Below are positions 55,062-64,000 of a stretch of 64,000 nucleotides of DNA, in pieces. A program made the translations under genes and the position numbers. The stretch covers positions 240,628 to 304,627 of the forward strand of contig PS015061.1 of assembly GCA_048213135.1 (NCBI GenBank), read 5' to 3'. The notes beneath the pieces were generated by a model. The model was not told where the DNA came from. It did not search any database and was given only the letters and a program-made list of their open reading frames with translations. This DNA comes from Reclinomonas americana ATCC 50394 (lineage: Eukaryota). Each line of letters starts with the position of its first letter. Positions within the stretch are counted from its first letter, which is position 1.

Positions 55062-58000
55062 GCTCGTCTCATTCTCTTGTCCTCTCCCTCTGTTTCTGTC
55101 TCACTCTGCCTGTCTGCTTGCCTGCCCGTTAGCCTGGCTGTCTCCGCTCTCCATCTGTCTTCTCCTCCGTCTCCTCTCTCCCACTCCCTCACCCTCTCTC
55201 TTCCTCCTCCCTCTCCCTTTCCTGTCCCTTCCTCCCTCTCTTCTCCCCTTTCTCCCTCCCCCCCTTCCCCTCCCCCCTCCCTTTCCCATTACCTCATCCC
55301 TACCATACCGCAGATCCCCTGGGCCCGCGACCACCTCTTCGGCCTCAGCCGATTCGCCACTCGCGCTCGAGTCAAAATCGTGCTGCGACCGCTGGCCGAC
55401 GGTGGCGATGCCGAGCAAGTGTCATCAAGGTGAGGATGGCGTGGTGTGTGCTTGTTTGTCATGCGTTTGATGAGTGACACTTGTCCTTTGCCAATCGAGC
55501 AGTCGACCGGCGGCCGAGGTCGTCGTCAGCGCTCCGCTGTCGTCCTCCAAAACAACTGTGCCCGGCCTTATTCCCAATCGGAGATACTCGGTGTACACGC
55601 AGGCCACTGCCAATGGCGTGTTGAGTCGGCAGCTGCACATTGGCGACGTGACCACGACATCGTTGGATCCAGGTACGTGCATCGTCACTGTTTATTGTCT
55701 TGGGAATTTGTCGACTGTGCTGGTGACACTCTGCCACACCGAACAGAGTACGCGGTGGCCCTGCAAGACCACTGCGAGGGAGTCGTACAGCAGCTGCTTG
55801 TCAAGTCGCCGACCATCTTTCGACCACTGCCCCAATCAGTGCGACTTGTGTGTGCTGAAGGTGTGTTATCAGTTGGTGTTGTGAAGGAGAGCCCCAAATC
55901 TCATTCTCTTGTTCCTATCATTAGATGTGCTGGATGCGGCCGATGCGTGTCTCGCCAGACTCGACGAGTGGCGGCAGGTGGTGGCCACTCTGTCGGTGCC
56001 CCCAGTCACCGAGAAACCAGTCTTTTCGAGTGCGTCACTCTTGTACCCGGGCTTCTATTGGGTGACGCTTCGTGCTCACCAACCCTTCGATTTCATTGCA
56101 GTCACTGGTGCGCGTGTGGATCCGTCGAGGGCGCTGTATCCGGTCGACACGGCCATGCAGCTCATGAACCGCCTATCACGCTTCCTCGATCGCTGCTACG
56201 AAGTGGTGCTGGAGACGCGCAAGCACTGCGACTCGGCCCACCGGATCTACGAGTTGTTGCAGCATGCGCTGGAGCGTGCGGCCACCGATGTGCAATCGCT
56301 TTGCTCCGTGTCGCGTGACTGGTGCCAGGACGCACAGCAGCTGGGCACCACGGATTCGCTGCTGCGACAGGCACTGCAGCGAGTGGAAGAGGTGGTGTCG
56401 TCGGTGGAGCACGCCGCAGCACTCTCGCGGTCCAGTGTCACGCCCGAGCCGTCGTCACTGACTCCCGCCTCAGCCGCTCGATCGCCCTCGGCCAATCGAC
56501 GACCCATGTCGGCACAATCGAAATCGTCGCCCACGCTTCTGTCGACACCGACGCCGATTCGTGATGTGGCCGGCGACAGACATGCAACAATTCGTGAGGC
56601 ACGTCAACACCTCTCTGTCGCATCGAGCGTCGCTCTTTCCTTGCTCATGTGACGCGATGCAACAGGTGGTGCAGTGCATGAGTGCGCGCATGGAGGCGTC
56701 GGACCGTGTGCGCGTGTCATGCGACGCCGTGAATGTGTGGGAGCGACTGGCCACCACCGAAGTGAGCGAGCAGAACAGTGTGGCCAGTGAGCCGACAAGT
56801 GCGCGTGGCGGCGATGGAGACACCATTTCCACGTTGAGCAAGTGGAGTAGCGAGCCACCCGGGAGCTGGTGGGACACCATCACTCGCCAGGCGCGCGCAT
56901 GCGAGACCGATCCAGTGCGCGAAGTCCGCAAGGTCATTCGGTAAGGAGGAGATCTTGTGTGCGCATCGAAGATCAAGTGTGATCATCTCATCTGCGTGAT
57001 GCACAGTGCCATGGAGAGCGATGAAGCTCTGTTGAACGGCATGGTTCGTGAGAATGCCACGGTGGGTGCTGAAATCGAAGCTCAGCTGGAGGAACTCATG
57101 CGCCGGAAAGTCAAGAATCGTGTGGAGGCCGAGGTGTGTGTGTGTCAAGTGTCTCTCTTTCCATCCATTCCTTTTACTTATCTGCACTCTCTCTCCACAG
57201 ACGCTCCAGTCAATGGTTCAAGGCGTGAGTGCGAGGAAACAATTCCTCGCTGACGAACTGCAGGGCATGCTGGTGAAACCAATGCCGTCACCACCACTGT
57301 CCCTGCTGCCCAACTTGTTTCGCACGGATTCAGCGGTGAGTATTGCTCCGCACGCCCACCCTCGGTGGCGATCGATACTCACAGCCGTGCTGGGTGTGTT
57401 GACAGGAGCTGTGCAACTTTGCATTGTCGGCCCACCAGATGCTGTGCAACACGGAGGATGACGCGCGGGCGCGCACGTCGCAGCAAGTCGAAGACACGCT
57501 GCTGCGGGAGGTTGGAGTGGCGCAGGCTCGATTGTCACTGCTGAATCGCAATCGTATCTCGTTGGAGCGACTGCGCGATGCATCGCTGCACACGGAGACC
57601 ACCGAGTCGCACATATCCGAGCTGTACACGAGGGCTGTCGAAGAGGAGAAGCGGAGACGGCGATACGAGGCAAAAGTGCTGGAGGTGAGAGCGTGCACTC
57701 CAGCACACACTGCCGCCAGAGCGGATTCTCACTCGCTGATGCTACAGTTTGGTGCCTGGTCCGGGCGTGACACTCGCGACCTGCAAGATGCCATTAGCAA
57801 AGCACGCTCGGATGCCGTGTCGACGCTGCCGCCACTTTCGCCCTCTTCCCGGCCTGCATCGGCGGTGCCGGGCGAGCTGGCGGTCGACGGAGACGATTAC
57901 TCGTCGCTGGTGGACTCGGAGGATGCGGCGGAGATTGTGCGATGGCAGAGTGCACTGCGCATTGACCCGTCGACGCCAGACTTGGAGCGACTGACGCTCG

Positions 58001-58589
58001 GCAACACCAGCATGATGAGCTCCAACGTCCACTCGTCGCCGTCGGCGTTGTTGCATTCGCGTGGCAGTCCGGGTGGCGTGGGAGGCGGACGATTCGACGA
58101 CATGAGTGGTGGACACCAACGACCGCAGCGACTTGCCGCGGTGAGTGACACTCACTCTATCGTGTTTTTCACCTGCTCACGTCAAAGTATGCGTATTCAG
58201 CAATTACAAATGCTTCTCGTCGACATGATCACCGATGCACCGCCCACCTCGGTGGCCTACCGACGCAACAAGGTAGTGATTGATTTCACGCCGGACGAGG
58301 AAGGGGATGAGGTCAACGAACAGGCTGCACGGCGCGCACGGCAGTGTGTCCGCGCTCTGTCGAGTATCCTCGACAGCCAGCATGTGGAGGCACAAGACCT
58401 GGTGGTTCGCGTTGACGCGCAGGTATCGTTGACCCTTGACCATGTCCCTGTCGCGTAGTTGTGTGGAGTGCTCATTTTTCTGCTTCCGTGCGCAAGGTGG
58501 CGTTGGAGAGTGACTTGTTGGAGGAGTTGCCGGTGGCGCTCTACCGATGTGCCTCCCCCGTGCAACAGCAGCGAGGACCAGCACGATAG
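50853..58589 (+). CDS. RNI-like leucine-rich repeat protein with FN3-like domains and a coiled-coil C-terminus
   Basis: About 12 LRRs (LxxLxLxxNxIGxxGAxAI), then FN3-like segments (VPDVQPGWYEYRL, PGLIPNRRYSVYTQA) and helical exons ending at TAG 58587-58589. C-terminal exon joins are less certain. Confidence 0.75.
52125..52930. repeat. Intronic minisatellite, ~15-bp unit TCGCTGTGTCGCTCA, with a higher-order ~123-bp duplication
   Basis: Tandem gtgtcgctcatcgct copies. The block ctctcctcactatgtcgctcatcgctgtgtcgctctcctcactgtg recurs 123 bp apart (near 52428 and 52551). Confidence 0.9.
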
Positions 58590-58692
58590 GTGGATGAGGA
58601 AGAACTGCCTGCAATGCAGGCCCGCACGACGTGCATAACACTAATGAAACTGTACAACATGTATTGCTCCAAGCGTGCGTGCGCTCCTGCGT

Positions 58693-60391
58693 CTACTTGG
58701 CGGGGCTCACCACCACCGGACCGATAGAGCCGGAACTCTCGCTCACCGGTGGTGCCGAAAAGCCCTCGCCCAGCACCTCAGCATCGCTGCGTTCCGACAC
58801 GGTGGTCGCCGTGGCAGTGGTTGAGGAGTCCTCGGCGTCACCGACCACACCAGGTACTGTCTTGGCATGGCTGCGTGGCCACTTGGTGGTGTCCACAGTG
58901 GAACCGGAGCCGGAGCCGGCGGAGACGTCACCGGCACTTGATTTCATGCCGAGCTGCACGAGCTTGCCGGCAAACTCGGACTGTTCTCGCTTGTTGTCCG
59001 TGGCCAGTGTCTGCACGACAAGCATGAGCGACACTCTTGTTCATGAGAGAAGGCACGTCGGTGTCATGTACCTCACGGCCCTCACGAATGGCGTCCACCT
59101 CCAAGCGCGTGAGGAACATGCTGTCGAGGCGATAGTCGATGAAAGCCTCGGCCGCCACCGGCACAATGTCCTTGATCAGGGCAAACATGGTGTAGGCGTA
59201 GTCGCGAATCTCCTGCTGCGCGTGCGCGTCCATGCGCAGCGAGAGGAAGTGCATTGTGTTGTGCAGATCGGCACACCAGTACCACTGCAGAGAGAAAGAG
59301 AGAGCAATGTGAGACGCGGGGGAGAGGAGAAGGTACAATGAACTGGCTTACCTCGGTGTACGTGTTGAGCGGGAGGCCAATGCGCGCCTGTTCGCGGCTG
59401 AGACCCTTGGCAAGCAGACCCTCGTACTCCTCGTAGCTCTTCTCGGCGCGGTCCAGATACGAAAGGAATTCCTCGGCCGTCATGTCGTCGGCCACATCAA
59501 CTGCATGCCACAAGGAGTGGGTGAGAATCGGAGAGCAGAACCACGCTGGCACTGTCGACAGCAAGCACACCTCCTCCCTGGCGATTGGCCGTCGACTGCT
59601 TGCGAATGTTGTCGAGTGTCGGCCGGTAAAAGAGGTCCTTGACCACCGAGTACCGCGCCGAGTATTCGTTGACGCTGGCGGTGCGGTGGCGGATCCACTG
59701 GCGAGCTGCCGGAAAATGCAATGTCAGCACGCTGGCCGAGTCGCCACACGTGCGGCGGAGAGAGAGAGAGACGCAACCGATAAAGATGGGCATGCGACAG
59801 TGGAACTTGAAGCGAACCATCTGGTGGCAGCCGACGACACGAGTCAGCATTGTGTTGAAAGAGTGAGTGCATCAGCAGACGAACCTCGAACGGAGTGGTG
59901 TGACGATGACGAGACAGGTAGCGAATCAGACCGCGATCCTCATTCACGCGCTTCGTTCCGTCGCCATACGACACTCGAGCCGCCTGTATAGATGGTCCGG
60001 AACGAGACAACACCAGTGAGGACAGACGAATCTCAATCGGACACTCGTGATCCTCGCACATGCACAAGCACACTCTTGCACACACACACACACAGAGTGC
60101 TACGTATACACGCACCTGCACAATGGCAAAGTCGGCAGTGTGCCCGCGCGGCACCAGACGCGGCATGCAGTCGACCAGTGCGACCATTCCGTGATCGTGC
60201 ACGGCCACCTCCCATCGCGCACTGCCGCCCATCACATCCACCAGCTCAGTCTCCGCAGGCACGCGGTTGATGCGGATCGCCGAGCATGAGTAATCAGAGT
60301 AGTCGAGCGAGGTGAAGCCGGCCTCGGGCATCACACTGCCTCCACTACCGGAGGCGCTGCGCTGCTGTGTGTGCTCGGCGGTGAATGACAT
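58693..60391 (-). CDS. thyX: Flavin-dependent thymidylate synthase ThyX (Thy1), Dictyostelium-like; 7 exons
   Basis: [21 protein letters not shown], the ThyX motif [28 protein letters not shown], and [22 protein letters not shown]. Confidence 0.96.
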
Positions 60392-60504
60392 GTTGGTGGT
60401 GTGGTGGTGTTGAAGAAAAGGGAGGGAAAGAAAGGTTGGAGGGTCTTCTCTGCGCTCTCTCAAAGTGACGAAAATGAATCGAGGAGTGGGGGTTTGCCGG
60501 TTGC

Positions 60505-60521
60505 TTTGGCGCGCGCGGGAA
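60505..60521. promoter_or_regulatory. Two opposed E2F-like sites (TTTGGCGC / TTCCCGCG) about 115 bp upstream of thyX
   Basis: The sequence tttggcgcgcgcgggaa lies in the short gap upstream of the thyX ATG. Confidence 0.5.
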
Positions 60522-60648
60522 GCTCGCCGATCAAATCATCACTTTTTTCGACAGCAAGCAGCTGCGGTTGATCTGCAACCAACGAAGCCCTTCGTTATAC
60601 ACGCGATTACTGAAGTACATTTTTCTCTGGCTCTGCATTTTTTCGTCA

Positions 60649-62005
60649 TCACAGCTCGTCGAGCACTCGTAATGAATGATCGCGCAGCTGGAAGCGGAAA
60701 TTGATAAAGATCTCCGAGCCATCCTCCCAGGCTCCGTACAGGCGACCACGTGCATCGAGTGTGCACGTCTCCAGATGCCAGTGCCAGTGGTGTATTTCTC
60801 CGCTCAGCTCCTCGCAGGTGGGATCGGTCAGCGGCTGCGTGTGTGCCTTCGGCGTGTGGTTCGGACCGAATTGAATCGTCACGTGCGGCGTGATGCCGGC
60901 GTGGCGGACCAGTGGCACACCGAGGCCGAGAATGGAGCCTGCACATCAACACTATTTCAGTGCCACTCGACAGTCGCGCGCAACACACATTGCACGCACC
61001 GGTCTGATTGACACCAGCGAATCCAATGGCCAAGCGATACCTCCGATCGCCGGTAAACGTGAGCATATTGAACGAGCGTGCAAAGGAGCCTGTGTGCCGC
61101 TCAGTCGACTGTGAAGCAACCGATCGGCCCATCCCACACAGCACGCACCTTTCGACGATCCCATGCCCGTGCGCGCCTTCTCCGCCAGCGGATTCAGCAG
61201 CTCCGAGTCGTCGAGATCCGAGTCAAACGTGATCGACTGCTGCGCCAACGCATCGTAGGCCCAGCCGACCAGACGCGAATTCGTCGCCACTCGTGAGCGC
61301 GTATGCAGATCCACAAACTGGCACTCTGCGCACACCCAAGTCACACACATACACAAACGCATGCATAAAGCATCATCGCGTCGTCGACATACCCACACGA
61401 TCGCGCCACCCGGCCGTGGCATCGCCCTTTTGCCGCGGCTTGAACGACAAGCGTCTATACTGCGTGCCATCGGGCTCCGACGACGCCGCCGGCGACAGCG
61501 CCGTCTCCATGCTCGACTGATCCTCACCGACCGCCACATCGCTGGCCACCGACGGCGACTTGGCCATTGCGATCTCCTGTCGCACCTCCATGCGCCGTTC
61601 CCGCTGTTGCGCACGCGCGTGTGTCAGCGTCTACAGTAGCGAGCGAGCGGGCACTCAACGAGCCGCACAGACCTTGCTGGGAGCCTCGGGCACAAACACA
61701 TCTCCGCCACCAACTGCACCATCATCATCATCGTCCTCGTCGTTTGCGGCATTATGGATGGTCGAGTCGACGGGTGGCGCAGGTGACGGCCACCGCGCAT
61801 TACGACTGACAGAGGGCGCGCGTGCGGGTTGCTGCGAGGCGGCGGTGGCGAGTGGCGGAGGTGACGGTGACCGTTGGCGCACCGCGTGGATCACCACTCC
61901 ATCCGTCGATTTGCGGTGTGCGGGGGAGGCGGGTGGCGAGCCAGTGGGGGCGCCGTCGCCAGTGGGTGCAGGTGCCACTGCAGCCACACTTGCGCCGCAG
62001 CCCAT
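60649..62005 (-). CDS. Hypothetical dually acylated protein (MGCGAS) with a disordered N-half and a beta-rich C-terminal domain; 5 exons
   Basis: Four GT-AG introns join ORF pieces 61655-62005, 61373-61591, ~61150-61325, ~61000-61090 and 60649-60940 in one frame. Confidence 0.68.
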
Positions 62006-62226
62006 GTCAACGACTTACTCGTTTGGCCTCGTTTCGTTGACTGCGAGTTCATTTTCGGTGTGCGCAAATAGTTTTCCCGCGGTGATGCGAACGAATATGC
62101 AGTGCGGGAGAGTGGAGGGGAGTGGGTGTGTGAGGTGAGTGCGTGGCGTGCGTGGTGTGTTTCAGTGCATGTGGGGGGTGGCGAGGTCAACGCTCCCATG
62201 CCTAGACAACTCTATCGTTACCGTCA

Positions 62227-62307
62227 GCGACTTTGGCCGAGTGGTTAAGGCGGCGCCCTGCTAAGGCGTTGTGGAAACACGCGAAGGTTCGAATCCTTCA
62301 GGTCGCG
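62227..62307 (+). tRNA. tRNA-Ser(GCT), intronless, long variable arm
   Basis: Acceptor stem GCGACTT/AGGTCGC plus discriminator G, D arm TGGCCGAGTGGTTAAGGC, anticodon arm GCGCC-CTGCTAA-GGCGT, variable arm, and T loop GGTTCGAATCC. Confidence 0.95.
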
Positions 62308-62311
62308 ATCA

Positions 62312-62325
62312 TTTTTGCTTTTTTT
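62312..62325 (+). terminator. RNA polymerase III oligo-dT terminator of the tRNA
   Basis: TTTTT then TTTTTTT, starting 5 nt after the tRNA 3' end. Confidence 0.8.
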
Positions 62326-62520
62326 CTTTTCGTTTTTTCCTCCACTCACACGCACCTCTCTCTCTTTCTCTTCCTACCTTCTCCTTCCACCAACAAGAAA
62401 AAGAAAAAGAAAAGACGCCACTATCAATTTCCGCAATTTTTCCTCTTCATTTTTTACTGCAGTCGACGGCTGCCAGCAAGTGCGCACTCGGTCCTTCCCA
62501 TCCCTCTCTCCCTCTCGCTC

Positions 62521-62950
62521 TCACAAGTACAGGCCCTCTGGCACACCCTCCGACTTCTTGTACAGAATCTTCTCCTTGGCCTTGCGCAGGTCCGACTGTT
62601 GCACCTTCATACGACGGTCGCGCAGCGCCAGCAGACCGGCTTCGGTGCAGAGCGCCTTGATGTCGGCACCGCTCAGCTCGTCCTTGGCCAGAATGAACTC
62701 GTCGAGGTTGACGTCCTCGGCCAGCGTCATGCGGCGCGTGTGGATCTCAAAGATGCGGCGCTTCGTCTTCAGGTCGGGCAGCGGGAACTCGATCTTGCGA
62801 TCGATACGACCCGGGCGCAGCAGCGCCGGATCCAGGCTCTCAATGCGGTTCGTGGCCATCAACACCTGTGTGGTGAAGGGTGAGAGGCGAAGGAGGGCGT
62901 CTTATCTTTTCAACACCTCCCTTCTCATTCTCGTAGTCTATCTTCTCTTC

Positions 62951-63047
<97 letters not shown>

Positions 63048-63377
63048 NNNNNNNNNNNNNNNNNNNNNNNNNNNNNNNNNNNNNNNNNNNNNNNNNNNNN
63101 NNNNNNNNNNNNNNNNNNNNNNNNNNNNNNNNNNNNNNNNNNNNNNNNNNNNNNNNNNNNNNNNNNNNNNNNNNNNNNNNNNNNNNNNNNNNNNNNNNNN
63201 NNNNNNNNNNNNNNNNNNNNNNNNNNNNNNNNNNNNNNNNNNNNNNNNNNNNNNNNNNNNNNNNNNNNNNNNNNNNNNNNNNNNNNNNNNNNNNNNNNNN
63301 NNNNNNNNNNNNNNNNNNNNNNNNNNNNNNNNNNNNNNNNNNNNNNNNNNNNNNNNNNNNNNNNCTGTCTTCTCTCT

Positions 63378-63452
<75 letters not shown>

Positions 63453-63457
63453 CTCTC

Positions 63458-63496
<39 letters not shown>

Positions 63497-63502
63497 GTCT
63501 GA

Positions 63503-63536
<34 letters not shown>

Positions 63537-64000
63537 GTCTGTCTGTCTGTCTGTCTCTCTCTGTCTGTCTCCCTTCTTTTTCTCTTCTCCCTCTCCCTTT
63601 CCCTTTCCCTCCTTTCCCTCCCCACAAACCTTGACTTCACCCTGCGCGTCAAAGCCGTCCAACTGGTTGAGCAACTCAAGCATGGTACGCTGAATTTCAC
63701 GCTCGCCACCCGAGTGGGCGTCGTAGCGCTTCGTGCCGACGGCGTCAATCTCGTCGATGAACACAATCGAGGGCGCCAGCTCTTCGGCCACGCGGAACAG
63801 CTCGCGCACAAGCTTGGGGCCTTCGCCGAGGTACTTTTGAATGAGTTCGGAGCCGACCACACGCAAAAACGTCGCCGACGTGTGGTGAGCGACAGCGCGC
63901 GCCAGCAGCGTCTTGCCAGTGCCGGGCTCGCCGTACAGAATCACACCCTTCGGCGGCTTGATGCCGATCTCGTCGTACAGCTCGGGATGCGTGAGCGGGA
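62521..64000 (-). CDS. PSMC1: 26S proteasome AAA-ATPase Rpt2 (3' part; 5' end lies outside the window)
   Basis: [63 protein letters not shown], and the C-terminal HbYX tail PEGLYL*. Confidence 0.96.
62950..63575. repeat. (CT)n/(CTGT)n microsatellite with gap N 63048-63364, in a PSMC1 intron
   Basis: Directly visible. Confidence 0.95.

Noticed and set aside
54718-55433. Leu/Ser/Pro-rich ORFs
   Set aside because: Pyrimidine-rich low-complexity intron of the LRR gene.

Overview
Gene-dense, GC-rich, intron-rich eukaryotic (protist-like) genomic DNA. Introns are mostly ~50-90 nt, intergenic gaps are often under 350 bp, and there are four N-gaps flanked by microsatellites. The six-frame ORFs are mostly exon fragments or shadows, so I spliced the genes by hand. 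About 20 protein genes are supported: a CHO2-type phospholipid methyltransferase, an SMCHD1/GMI1-like GHKL+SMC-hinge protein, NPRL3, RTF1, WTAP, WRAP73, a PAS hybrid histidine kinase, a TLC protein, an MGST3-like MAPEG, GDP-mannose 3,5-epimerase, Dictyostelium-type ThyX, PSMC1 (partial), WD40-FN3 and LRR-FN3 proteins, and several orphans. There is also one tRNA-Ser(GCT). The most striking signal is in splicing: more than 30 inferred introns begin GTTGCG, GTTTCG, GTTGTG or GTTGAG, which is the normal donor (GTGCG/GTGAG) displaced by one base. This class occurs almost only when the exon does not end in G, suggesting a widely used shifted U1-pairing register. All exon boundaries are inferred from reading frame and remembered family motifs, with no transcript or database evidence. 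The taxon is unknown; the gene content suggests a flagellated heterotrophic protist, possibly amoebozoan (inference).
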